NCBI GenBank assembly: GCA_965209155.1
Contig: OZ242383.1
Coordinates: 4,160,001-4,224,000 of the forward strand
DNA: 64,000 nucleotides
Origin: a bacterium
GTDB lineage: Bacteria > SAR324 > NAC60-12
Direction: 5' to 3'
Position 1 is the first letter of the stretch. Each line of letters opens with the position of its first letter. Positions 39,542 through 49,698 of this stretch are shown in pieces. The notes beneath the pieces were generated by a model. The model did not search any database, had not been told where the DNA came from, and worked only from the letters and a program-made list of their open reading frames with translations. The translations under genes were made by a program, and so were the position numbers.

Positions 39542-41377
39542 TTACTGGGTTCTGTCCTTCAGCTCCTGGTCAATCCAAAGGCGGGCGAGAACTTCACGTT
39601 CGCCGAACTCTTCCAGTCTCATTTCACCGCTAAAACCTTTGACCCACGGCTGGTTCGCTATAAAAATTGGAGACATAGGACCCCATATCTGATTGTGCTG
39701 CTTTAGAATGAGCATATCCCACTCTTTGTATGCCCTCAGCTGCTCCTCATGGGTGGTAGCGGCGTAAAAGGCGTCATAGGCGGCGGTCAGCTCGGGGGTC
39801 TCGACTCCCCCCACGTTGTCGCGCCATATCTGCAGCCTCTGGCGATAATTAGCTACCCAAACTACAGGGTCACTATACATGCCCCCGTCGCCATCGCTTA
39901 TGTCCCACTGAATTAGGTCTTCTTGAGGGACATCCTCGGTACGCTCGCCCACACCCCTGCGATCGAACGCCCAACCTTGCGTGTCATATATCTCAATCTT
40001 TACCTCAACGCCAATCGCCTCCCAGTAGCCGACAGCTATTTCTCGATAGCCCAAATCATATATGTCGCGGTGGTCGAGGTCGACCTTGAATCGAACACCG
40101 TCCGCGCCCCGCGGATATCCAGCTTCATCGAGCAGCTTTTCGGCACCTTCCGGGTCATAAGCATAGTATTGCTTGAGATCTTCGGGAAAGTCTTCAAATG
40201 TGTTGACATATGGCTTGCTGGCAATCCCCCCCATAGGTTCCCACCTTGCAAGCCCGCCGTAGTAGGTATCGTTAATCGTCTCGAGGTCCAGTGCCATCTG
40301 CATTGCGTGGCGCACCCTGATGTCGTCAAAGGGTGGCTTTTTAATGTTCAGACTAAAGGTGGAGTCGGACCGCAGGAAATTGCTGCTCACTTGGATATCG
40401 GGGTTGGTACGCTGGAGGCTCCTTACCACGTCGAGGTTCCTTATATGAGTGCCCTGGCTATTGAATATGTCAACCTTGCCCGTGCGTAGTGCCGAGATAC
40501 GTGTTGCTTCTTCTTCCATGTGCAGGGCCCTCATCTGGTCAATATAGGGGAGGCGGTTCTCCGGGTACTTTTCGTCGTAGCGCCAGTAGTCAGGATTCTT
40601 TTCCCAGGTGATAGAGACGCCCTCGACATAGTCAGTCAGTATAAGGGGCCCGGTGCCGACCACGTTCTTCCAATCCTCATAGTTGCCGTATTTCTCGATT
40701 ACTTCGGGGGGTAATATCCACTGCATAGCATCGATGAGGATAGCCCTTAGCGCAATGAGGGATGGCTCCGTCATCTTCATAACAACCCTATATTTGTCGG
40801 TGGCCTCGATCGATTCCCACGGCAGGTCGATCGTTTTGGCAGGGATCTGGGGACGTTCGGTAAAGTCGCCCAGAGCGTTATGACGCTGCCAGCTATATAC
40901 GACATCATCGGCTGTGAGTTCCCGCCCGTTTACTAAGCGGCTGGCCTCACTGTCTGGATCAAGGGCGTAGTGTACTCCCGAGCGGATGTGGAAGATGTAA
41001 GTCAGTGGGTCAGGCATTTCCCAACTTTCCGCCAGGCTCCCTGTTATGGCAAAATCAGGGACGTAGGAGTCTCTAAAGTCATATACCTCCCTATCTACTC
41101 CCCAGTCCCCCCAGGCGAGACGCTCATTAACCTGGGCGATTTGGTAGCCCGCATTGACCCAGCTTTTTAGCGGGTCAGTAGTCTCCCCTACAAATACGTA
41201 GGGATAGGTCAATGTCCCGCCGTATTCTGGTGCGGTCACGACCTTACCCGTGCTCGGGTCGGTCACATATTTCTGGGCGGCAGCCGGGCTGACCCAAAAA
41301 GCGGCCACCATCAGGGTGAGGGTTATCATGAATAATGATTTGAATGATCGGATTGTACTGGTTTTTATAGTTTTCAT
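39542..41377 (-). CDS. ABC transporter substrate-binding protein, family 5
   Basis: Signal peptide, PEYGGTL, LAESWE, VGTGP, KNPDYW, PFDDIRVRHAM. Confidence 0.92.
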   Translation of the reverse strand: MKTIKTSTIRSFKSLFMITLTLMVAAFWVSPAAAQKYVTDPSTGKVVTAPEYGGTLTYPYVFVGETTDPLKSWVNAGYQIAQVNERLAWGDWGVDREVYDFRDSYVPDFAITGSLAESWEMPDPLTYIFHIRSGVHYALDPDSEASRLVNGRELTADDVVYSWQRHNALGDFTERPQIPAKTIDLPWESIEATDKYRVVMKMTEPSLIALRAILIDAMQWILPPEVIEKYGNYEDWKNVVGTGPLILTDYVEGVSITWEKNPDYWRYDEKYPENRLPYIDQMRALHMEEEATRISALRTGKVDIFNSQGTHIRNLDVVRSLQRTNPDIQVSSNFLRSDSTFSLNIKKPPFDDIRVRHAMQMALDLETINDTYYGGLARWEPMGGIASKPYVNTFEDFPEDLKQYYAYDPEGAEKLLDEAGYPRGADGVRFKVDLDHRDIYDLGYREIAVGYWEAIGVEVKIEIYDTQGWAFDRRGVGERTEDVPQEDLIQWDISDGDGGMYSDPVVWVANYRQRLQIWRDNVGGVETPELTAAYDAFYAATTHEEQLRAYKEWDMLILKQHNQIWGPMSPIFIANQPWVKGFSGEMRLEEFGEREVLARLWIDQELKDRTQ

Positions 41378-41405
41378 ATTACCTTTTCTTTCTATTTGTT
41401 TTTGT

Positions 41406-41740
41406 GTAACTATTCAGGTCTCTGAAAAACCCGTTCAGTTAAATATCATTAAAAAGATTCCCGGAGAGGAACGATCGTTTTCAAATCCTCCCACGATATT
41501 GTTCCATTGATCGGGAACCCTCTCTTTCACTAAAACAACTCAGTGAAGGCATGAGTTTAGCACTACTACTACTTGCGCAATGTCAACCCCATATTAAAAA
41601 AAAATGCAGGATTCGTAAAAAAAATGAAAAATCTATCAGTCAGGGAGATCCACGTTCTAAGCGCTCTTGCTTCCATGGCTCTCGTTCTTTTTCAAAGAGT
41701 GGACTGGCTTCTTGAAGAGCCTCGAGGTGGGGAATCGTGG
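41406..41740 (+). repeat. Dispersed repeat family A, copy 3
   Basis: Begins GTAACTATTCAGGTCTCTGAAAAACCCG, 28 bp from the start codon of the substrate-binding protein gene. Confidence 0.9.
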
Positions 41741-41816
41741 TGAGAAAAGTTGATTTTCTCTGATGTCTGCGACTAATGACCTGGAAAAAGAGGCTGCTTC
41801 CTTGTTGATCCAGGAC
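41736..41816 (-). pseudogene. IS21-family IstB helper ATPase fragment
   Basis: VLDQQGSSLFFQVISRRHQRKSTFLTT resembles the post-Walker-B segment of IstB. Confidence 0.6.
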
Positions 41817-41860
41817 TTTGTATTTCCCGAGAGACGGAATCATCCGCCTGGCGAATCCTT

Positions 41861-43120
41861 CTAGACATCTTCATCCTTCTCAGTTTCCTGCTCCGATTCA
41901 GGAACTTCTTCATAGCTGACTCTGAATTCGGTTCCCTCTGTTTCGGGGTGTGAATTGGGGTACAAACGCAACAGGTCCCATTCATTTATCGACGCTCGGA
42001 CCTTGTATCTCATCCTGTTTCGATATCCCGCCCCACCTACCATGCTCTTTAATGGTGGGGCTTCCCATCCATAGGCAACGCTGTAGATTTCCCGAAGTTT
42101 TTCGACGGTCGCTTTCACGTCTTCTGCGGTCGGGGGTTCTAGTGCAATAGTCTCCTGCTCAAGGCTCCGCATACCCACTTCAGCTCTGTCCGCAGCGTCA
42201 ATATTTCCACGGGAACGCAAACGGGAACCTGCCGAGTCGAGGTCCCGCTTGCCAGTTAAAATGGCTGTAGCGAAGTCGTCAGTTACCGTGCCAGCAACAA
42301 CCAGTCCTGGACATGCTTTAGCAGAAACCTCTCCCAACCAGAAGGCCAGCTCTGCATAGGAACGAGCTCTTTGAAGTGGTCCATAAGAAGCGACTAATTC
42401 GACTTCGTCTAACAAAACAACCCAACCATTGTAGCCTGCCGCCTTGATCAACTCTGTTGCGAACCGTAGCCGTAGTGGAGGTAATTCTCTCGCTTTCGGC
42501 GCTTTGAAGGGAAAATTCTGTAACTGACCTATTGCTTTGAGGCCATCTTTTACCTTAGCCATCGCAATCCGCTCTCCCGACCAGAACGCTCTGACTTCAT
42601 TAATCAGTTCAAGATCGTTTGTCCTTTCATGGAGCATCAAGGTTGCCGGGAAAACAGGGTGCAGTTGTCCACTTCGATTGGCCCACTGAAAAAAATGCGC
42701 ATAAGCATCTGTTTCCTGTTCAAGACTGAGTCCGATTTCTTCCATAAGCTGCCCGGTTCGGTCTGGTATCCGGCCGTTGTCTATCGCGGATGTGAATACC
42801 TTAGCCTGGTCATAGAGCGGCGTCTCTTTGCTGATAGCTACTCTACTACACACAAAACCCCGCTTCAACGCCAGGTGTTCCAGATAGGAAAGCAGGTGAG
42901 ACTTGCCTGTGCCAAAATCTCCGGAAACCAATATCCCCAAGGAACGGGAAGGAGGATTATCCGGATCCGTACACTTGGCCAAGAGTTCAGTGAACTGACT
43001 TACTACTTGAGACTGACCACATCCCAATCGTTTTACCGATTCCTCATTGGGCACGCCACTCCGCAGGGCTTCCAATGCCTGCCTGCAAGAAAAAGCACTT
43101 TTATCTATATCGGTACCCAT
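41861..43120 (-). CDS. DUF2791 / BrxD-like P-loop ATPase
   Basis: ALEALRSGVP N-terminal motif, Walker A GDFGTGKSH, Walker B VVLLDEVE. Confidence 0.82.
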   Translation of the reverse strand: MGTDIDKSAFSCRQALEALRSGVPNEESVKRLGCGQSQVVSQFTELLAKCTDPDNPPSRSLGILVSGDFGTGKSHLLSYLEHLALKRGFVCSRVAISKETPLYDQAKVFTSAIDNGRIPDRTGQLMEEIGLSLEQETDAYAHFFQWANRSGQLHPVFPATLMLHERTNDLELINEVRAFWSGERIAMAKVKDGLKAIGQLQNFPFKAPKARELPPLRLRFATELIKAAGYNGWVVLLDEVELVASYGPLQRARSYAELAFWLGEVSAKACPGLVVAGTVTDDFATAILTGKRDLDSAGSRLRSRGNIDAADRAEVGMRSLEQETIALEPPTAEDVKATVEKLREIYSVAYGWEAPPLKSMVGGAGYRNRMRYKVRASINEWDLLRLYPNSHPETEGTEFRVSYEEVPESEQETEKDEDV

Positions 43121-43136
43121 ACGGATTTGTCCCTTC

Positions 43137-44087
43137 TTAAAAGAGTTGCACCAAAGGAGCTATAGGATTCACCAGATTTTTATCCCGAACATCATCCATA
43201 ACTCTTGTCATAAGGGCAGGATAAATACCAAACCCCCGGGAACGAGCATCCTGCTCAAGAAATGCGCCATCCGTCACGATCACAAGTAAAGTACTAACCA
43301 ATTGCTCAGTTCTATCGATTAATTGCCTCAAAAGTTCGTAGTGATCCGTCGTCATGCTTTTAGTGTAGTATCTGAGCCCATCTACCGGATTACGGGCAAG
43401 CGTCACACGGGAATTGTCGAGCAGAATCACGGTTCCTGCATGTCCCGTATACTGGAAATAGTAAAGTGCCGATTCAATGAAATACCTCGCTGTTTTGCGG
43501 TTGATGCTGGTGTAGATCGAAAATGGCCTGACCGCGCCAAGTTTGGCCTCTCCTGTTAGCCAATCAATCAGCGCTTGACCTTCGTAGGATTGATTTCCAC
43601 GGTTGTTCTCGTATCGGCAAAGATGAGTCATAGCAACCCTGAAATCTTTAGTCATACGATATTTTTTGGTAACTTTATTTTCTATTTGAGGTCTCAGCTC
43701 CTGCAGTACGGATTCCAACTCGAGATCATTGACTTCTCCCATAGCCTTATAAATGTTATCGGTTTGATGCGAATCAATGGAATCAACCCGATAGCCAATT
43801 TCCTTGGCCATGCGTAAGAGCAAGCGACGGGCCAATTTCCGCCAGTCAACCTGCTTGGCCATCTCGAAAAAGATGTCTTGGGGCATATGGATTCTGATAT
43901 CTGACGCATCCAGCTTGACAACGACATAATCCTGTTCCTTGCCTCGATTCTCCACTGTTTCATATAAGGTCGGTTTCAAATTTTCCGGGGTCACTGCAAA
44001 TTTTATGGACGCGCCGCCCTGCGGGATGAAAGACGATAAGTATTCGGAATCGATACGTCGCAGCCAATCATGAAGGGATAGGTTCAT
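43137..44087 (-). CDS. DUF2791-like ATPase paralogue with degenerate Walker motifs
   Basis: GGASIKFAV strand without GxGK; WLTGE, GHAGTVILLD, YELLRQLID and GIYPALMTRV motifs as in the BrxD family. Confidence 0.7.
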   Translation of the reverse strand: MNLSLHDWLRRIDSEYLSSFIPQGGASIKFAVTPENLKPTLYETVENRGKEQDYVVVKLDASDIRIHMPQDIFFEMAKQVDWRKLARRLLLRMAKEIGYRVDSIDSHQTDNIYKAMGEVNDLELESVLQELRPQIENKVTKKYRMTKDFRVAMTHLCRYENNRGNQSYEGQALIDWLTGEAKLGAVRPFSIYTSINRKTARYFIESALYYFQYTGHAGTVILLDNSRVTLARNPVDGLRYYTKSMTTDHYELLRQLIDRTEQLVSTLLVIVTDGAFLEQDARSRGFGIYPALMTRVMDDVRDKNLVNPIAPLVQLF

Positions 44088-44089
44088 TA

Positions 44090-44881
44090 TTATTTGCCTC
44101 CAATGAATTGGATTCCGTAATATGACACCACTTGCCCGTCGGAACCTACGATGGGAAAACTGCCTCGCGCGCTCCTTGCCAATGTAGAAGAGGGAAAAGC
44201 TACGCGTGCGCCAGACTTTGTACTGGACGGACCATTGATCTCCAAGAAATAAAGGTCCTTTGCAAAATCCAGCTTTTTATAATCATTGCTGGCCCCGGGA
44301 AGAGAGGTGAATGCCTTATAGATTTCCTCTAGAGGTACCACAGGTTCTTTGATTGAAGAACCGACAGAGGAGGGTTTAGCGCAGAGTTTGTAATTAAAGT
44401 ACAAAGCCTCCAAGAAGCGGTCTGAACGAAATCGGGGTGGTTTTTTCTGGTTATTGGTCAGGATGTCAGCAAGGTAAGACGGTCTCAACGTCGATACTTT
44501 TTTCCGATCAATTCTCACTACCTGACTCTCAGGTAAGATTTGAACAATAGACGGGTGAGAAATCAATGCGCCATCTCTTTCATAGAGGTTCAATCCCTTT
44601 CTTTCCGCTGTGTCACATAGCTCGGCAGCATAGTGTTCCTTGAGGTATTCTATCTCTTTTCCATCCTCAAAAGGCCATGTTTCTACCGCGTTTTCCACCT
44701 CCTGCCTTAGAGAACATAGAGCGCTGTTTAACTTTGAAGCAGCCTTTTTTAGTGCGCTGATATCCCCTTTCTTTGCTGCATTCCGTAAAACTCCGGCCAA
44801 CTTTGCAAGTTCTAATGCAGATTTCATTGTTGAATTTGCAGCTTTTTCCGTATCACTGAAGGCCCGTTCAAAGCTCGTCAT
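44090..44881 (-). CDS. Hypothetical protein, N-terminal helical/coiled-coil region; first gene of the ATPase operon
   Basis: 263-aa ORF with a purine-rich RBS, ending 2 bp before the next start. Confidence 0.8.
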   Translation of the reverse strand: MTSFERAFSDTEKAANSTMKSALELAKLAGVLRNAAKKGDISALKKAASKLNSALCSLRQEVENAVETWPFEDGKEIEYLKEHYAAELCDTAERKGLNLYERDGALISHPSIVQILPESQVVRIDRKKVSTLRPSYLADILTNNQKKPPRFRSDRFLEALYFNYKLCAKPSSVGSSIKEPVVPLEEIYKAFTSLPGASNDYKKLDFAKDLYFLEINGPSSTKSGARVAFPSSTLARSARGSFPIVGSDGQVVSYYGIQFIGGK

Positions 44882-45804
44882 TATCTACCCCTTTGCTTCC
44901 GTTCATTTTCCCACAACCCAGCCTTGTCATGGTTTGTTGAGTTATAACCTTGATGTCATCTCGACCGCATGGAGAGATCCCAAGATTCCTCACGTTCGTT
45001 CGAAATGACACATTTTTAAATGGGATATAACCTAACGAACCATTACATCTTAGGGACTAAAATAGTGTTTTTTATAACCGTTTTTTGAGAAAATAGGCAA
45101 GCAAAAAAATCAGAAAAAGTTTGACAGTGATTTTTGAATATTTTTTTAACTGTTCATTGATTCAAATTAGCAGTGTTGAATCTTACGCAATCTTTGCTCA
45201 GATTTAAGAACCTGTTTAAAAATTACGTACTGCGTTTTAACATGAGTCGAATCATAGCGATATAGACAATGACTTCAGCAGTGTGAGCATATCTTTCATA
45301 ATCGGTATTTTGTCGATGATACTATCCAAACCAAGAAATGGTTCTTTCCACAATCCATCACAATATGTCGTTTCCGTCCCTTCACCTTTTTTCCTCCTTA
45401 AAACCCCCGGAACCTCGCTGTTTTTCTGCATTTTGATTTTCTCACTCATCTGTCTCCTTTCTCCTTTTCATCAAATTTCCTTGCTCCTATGTCCCTCCAC
45501 AGCTGTTCAAAATTGTCCTGCAATCATTTTATAAGTCTCCACCCGATCTTTCGCATTGATTCTTTCTCGGGATCTGCGTACCTTTTTCATACGATCTCCC
45601 TTCGTTGGGTTAAAGTTTTGCGTGGTCCATGAAACCACAACATAACGAATGTGAGTTCATTTTTCAGTTTTCAACTAATTTTTGGACATTTCCTACCTTT
45701 AGTCCTTCCAGAATATTTTCTTTTGTCAGTTATTTTAAGTCAATAGCTGTTTGGCAATAAAATTGCATGTCTTTTTAATGTCCATTTTTTTAAAAAGGAG
45801 GTAG

Positions 45805-46083
45805 ATGTATCAAAGCAATTTAAGCGATCAGCAATGGTCTGAGATTGAACATTTTTTTAGACGTTCCGATCCCCGAGGTGCCAAAAGTATTCATAGCAAA
45901 CATACCATCGTCAATGCGATTTTATATGTGTTGGAAACGGGTTGTCAGTGGAGACTGCTTCCCCACGATTTTCCTCCCTGGCAAACCGTTTACGATCATT
46001 ATCGCCGCTGGAATCAAAGAGGGATTTGGCAAGAGGTTTTGGATTTCCTCAATGCCCGCACTCGCGTGAAAGAGGGTTCTTAG
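45805..46083 (+). pseudogene. IS5-family transposase N-terminal half (DUF4096), truncated
   Basis: YQSNLSDQQW, NAILYVLETGCQWRLLPHDFPPWQTVYDHYRRW..GIW; DDE domain absent. Confidence 0.88.
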
Positions 46084-46135
46084 AGTCCTTCCAATGTTTT
46101 CTTTTTTGTCAGTCTTTTGACCTTATAGATGCCTT

Positions 46136-46567
46136 ATGTCCTCAGAAACTTCTCTGATTGAAAAGCTCCAACGCATTGAGCGACTTTATGAAGGAGCCAT
46201 CACAGAAGGGGAACGCCTTGCCGCTGAAGAAGCTCTGCAACGGATCGGGGAAAGATTGCGCAAGATTCAACAGAAGGATCCTGTGGTTGAATACAAATTC
46301 ACCTTTCCCGACTTCTGGAGGCGGCGTTTGTTTGTTGCTCTGCTGAGACGTTACGGGTTTCGTCCTTATCGTTATCGAGGGCAACGTCACACGACAGTGA
46401 TGACTCGAATATCGAAATCATTTGTGGATCAAACTCTCTGGCCGGTCTTTTTAGACTTGTCTGAAGCGTTGGTTTCCCACCTGGATGAGATCACCACCCG
46501 CATCATCCAACAAGCGATTTATTCCGATAGTTCTGAGGCAGAAGAAAGAGACATGCTGCCCGGTTAA
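46136..46567 (+). CDS. Conserved hypothetical protein of a type seen near mobile elements
   Basis: 143 aa; KLQRIERL..GAITEGERLAA N-terminus and LLRRYGFRPYRYRGQRHTTV. Confidence 0.7.
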   Translation: MSSETSLIEKLQRIERLYEGAITEGERLAAEEALQRIGERLRKIQQKDPVVEYKFTFPDFWRRRLFVALLRRYGFRPYRYRGQRHTTVMTRISKSFVDQTLWPVFLDLSEALVSHLDEITTRIIQQAIYSDSSEAEERDMLPG

Positions 46568-46590
46568 CCCCTTGAAGTTTTTATTGCCGA

Positions 46591-47124
46591 TTGTATGCTT
46601 TCATTAGGCGTAACTGCAGAGTCCCGGACTGTTGGGGACTGAAGGATCGTGACCTGATGGGATTGCCTTGGCGAGTAGCATTTGCATTACAAGACGACGG
46701 ATGGTTGCTGCGCTCAAAAATCACCTGGCTGAAGAAAGCTCCTATGCCCGAAAGCGTCAAGAACCGACCGTCAAACGCCACAGAGGAAATCTTTCTGTTC
46801 TCAAAAAGTGCAAAATACTACTACAACAATCAGGCAGTGCGAGAAGAAACCGGCGCCAATCTCCGGAATTACTGGCTGTTGGGGACGGATGCTGGTGACA
46901 AGCTGCATCCCGCCGTTTTTCCAAAAGAATTGGCACGGCGCTGCATAATCTTGGGTAGCCGTCCCGGAGATGTGATTCTTGACCCGTTTTCAGGGTCGGG
47001 AACTACTGGCATAGCAGCGATCGAGTCAAATCGTCGCGTCGTCCTTATTGAATTGAACGAAGAATATGCGACACAATCCGAAACCCGGATAAATAAGGGC
47101 GTACAGCAAACCTTAGCTGTTTAG
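46591..47124 (+). pseudogene. Beta-class N4/N6 DNA methyltransferase, 5'-truncated
   Basis: PWRVAFALQDDGW, HPAVFP and ILDPFSGSGTT (SAM motif) present; N-terminal catalytic S/DPPY motif missing. Confidence 0.82.
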
Positions 47125-47141
47125 CTCCGATAAATTGCGCC

Positions 47142-47438
47142 ATGAGTACACTTTCAGAATTACGGCGAAGTTATCACTCCAAAATTGGCTCGCAAATAGT
47201 CCGATTCTCCGAGAGAAATCGCTTGCTTTATCCAAACTTTGCCGATGGCAGCAGTCAATCCAGCGTTTTCATTGCAAATGGAATAATAGATTGTGTATAT
47301 CACTTCGCTTTGGATGAGTTGCGCCAAGTCTGTGAAGCCATTCCCAAGGTGAAAGATCAATCAGAAATGCTGGCAGTCATGGTCGAAGGTAGTAGACTTC
47401 GTGACATAAGTGATTTGCCTTTCGATATTGTTGTTTAG
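47142..47438 (+). pseudogene. NgoMIV-family type II restriction endonuclease, large internal in-frame deletion
   Basis: N-terminal NFADGSS..S..IANGI joined directly to C-terminal IDCVYHFAL...MVEGSRLRDISDLPFD. Confidence 0.75.
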
Positions 47439-48267
47439 AGGTCAATCGTTGCATTCATTGGATTGTTGAAAAATCCCGTGCAATGGAATCCGTCAAATCA
47501 CCACACCGTTGTATGGAGAGGAGTTTAAATCATGAGTAGCTCGATCCAACAATCCCTGCCCTTTGAAGAAGCAGTACACCTTGAAGGTCCTGGTCGACTC
47601 GGTCAGGCGAAGATCGAGTACGCCCCCGTCCAAAACATTCTGACGCGCGCAAAATGAAGCTTTTAGTGTCCTTCAAATGCACTTGCCGGATCTCGGTGAA
47701 GGAAAGGACGGCTTTGCTCCCCCTTTTGAAACCGAATGAAGGAAAATCCACGATGATTTTCAAAAAAAATTGCATGCTTGTGCTCTCAGGTCTCCACATC
47801 GTGGTCCACAAGCGTTCGATTGAAAGGCAAAGCAATGACTAAAAAGCCGAATCACTATCGCAGCGGATGGTTTATTTTCCGAGTCGGTAACATACGCCTC
47901 GGTATGTACCATCATGGTCTGGGCGATTGATAAAATTAAAGACAAGCGGGTGATACTCTCTCTTTTGCGGCATTGAATAACCCAGGAAATTCTCGCGGCT
48001 GTTTTGAGGTTTTATGAATAATGAGTCTTCCACAAGGTTTAAACCTCAAAAAACGCTATTGGGGCTGACACTTTTGGGCGAGAGGATATTTTTGCGCAAC
48101 GGCAGGTCAAGTTATTGATGAAATGATTAAAAGTTATTTGGAGCATCATTTTGAATCGAATCCTGATGATGATTTTCAGACCGAAGCCTAAACGGGTCTG
48201 AAATGACCCGTATCCGTACTTTCAGTACTTGAGTTTAAACCCTCCATCTTCGGACGGTGTTTGTTTA

Positions 48268-48482
48268 TTTTTTTTACGAATCCTGCATTTTTTCATTTGG
48301 AGGTTGACATTTTGCAAGATATATTGCCAAAATCATGCCTTTACTAAGTTGTTTTAGTGAAAGAAAAGGTTCCCGATCGATTGAGCAATATCGTGGAAGG
48401 ACTTGAAAACGATCGGTCCTCTCCGGAAATCTTTTTTAATGATATTTAACTGAACGGGTTTTTCAGAGACCTGAATAGTTAC
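48268..48482 (-). repeat. Dispersed repeat family A, copy 4 (inverted)
   Basis: Ends CAGAGACCTGAATAGTTAC, the reverse complement of the copy 3 start. Confidence 0.9.
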
Positions 48483-48554
48483 GTTTTTACTTACTGAAAT
48501 ATAATTCATTTTAGCGTAACTTTTGTTAAAATACCTTTCCCTGGAGAAATTATT

Positions 48555-49541
48555 ATGACGGATACGCCACATGCAACTCCTCAAGATCATAATCAGGATA
48601 TGCTTCCTGCAAAGTTCGTTTTGAATAAATACCGGATCATTTTCGTAGCATTAACGCTTGTCGCGGTCGGCCTCGCCGCATGCGGCGGTGGAAAATCAGG
48701 ATCGGATCCCCTTAGTAGCCTTGAAAGCATCAGAGAACTGACTGGCATGACGGCACCGGTAGAGAAGCCCGCGGCGCAAAAAGCACGAGCACCAGGTATT
48801 GCCTCGCGATCCGACTCTCTGATCATCTCTACGACGTACGTGGAAACGAGCGACGATGAACTTCCCACTTTTAGCTTCGGGGCGCAGTGCGCCGGTACTC
48901 GGTGCACGATATCGGAGCCCAGGATCGGATACGTCAGGACCGTTACCCTGTCTGAACTCGAGACCATAACCCTGTCTGAACTCGAGATCGTGGACGGCTC
49001 TCCTGAAGCAGTTGGAACCAAGCACGGCATCACCCTGATGTCGGTAACCGGCCGGCGCATGGACGATGAGTTCACTACGTTTGGAGCATGGATGGCGCAT
49101 GGCGGGTTTCAGGTTGAGACCGCGCGTGTGGTAATCCCGGATGATATCAGGATGAACCTCGTCTCCGGCCTCGCTTTGGGTGATCTCACGGGCAGCCGTC
49201 CAAGAGGGAGCGCAACGTGGATCGGTCTTATGGTTGGAACGCCTGCCACAGGGGATAACCTCGGAGACAGGCTGCAGGGAGATGCGGCCTTGAACTACGA
49301 CATGAGCGCCGGCGGTGGGCTCGACGTCGGTTTCAGCAGTATCAAGAACATCGACCGTGGCACGGCGCACACGACATCCACAGTGCTATTCGCAGACGTT
49401 CCAATCAGTTCGAGTGGGACGTTTGAAGCAGGCCATGCTGGCAACCGCATCCAGGGCGGTTTCTACGGTCCTGATCACATTGAGGCTGCTGGAATTTTCG
49501 AGCAGTCAAACATCGTCGGAGCCTTCGGAGCAAAACGATGA
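48555..49541 (+). CDS. Lipoprotein with C-terminal transferrin-binding-protein-like beta barrel
   Basis: Lipobox LAAC-GGG; C-terminus IQGGFYGPDHIEAAGIF...GAFGAKR; GC-richer than flanks. Start may be 48600. Confidence 0.78.
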   Translation: MTDTPHATPQDHNQDMLPAKFVLNKYRIIFVALTLVAVGLAACGGGKSGSDPLSSLESIRELTGMTAPVEKPAAQKARAPGIASRSDSLIISTTYVETSDDELPTFSFGAQCAGTRCTISEPRIGYVRTVTLSELETITLSELEIVDGSPEAVGTKHGITLMSVTGRRMDDEFTTFGAWMAHGGFQVETARVVIPDDIRMNLVSGLALGDLTGSRPRGSATWIGLMVGTPATGDNLGDRLQGDAALNYDMSAGGGLDVGFSSIKNIDRGTAHTTSTVLFADVPISSSGTFEAGHAGNRIQGGFYGPDHIEAAGIFEQSNIVGAFGAKR

Positions 49542-49698
49542 TGAAAGAATCATTCACTAACGAAAATGCAAAGAAAGGGCTCAATTCTCAGAAGAAATCG
49601 GCTTGTTGGCTGGATCGATCAAAGGGTGACCGGTTGAAGAATTTGATGGTTTTTATATTTTGTGTTTCTTGGTCTCCTCGATTTTGTTGTGGTTCGTT

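Noticed and set aside
41861..44881. Complete BREX or Shango system
   Set aside because: No PglX, PglZ, BrxC, helicase or TerB-like gene in the window.
47440..48260. Possible gene remnants between the NgoMIV fragment and repeat copy 4
   Set aside because: Short broken frames with no motif I can recognise.
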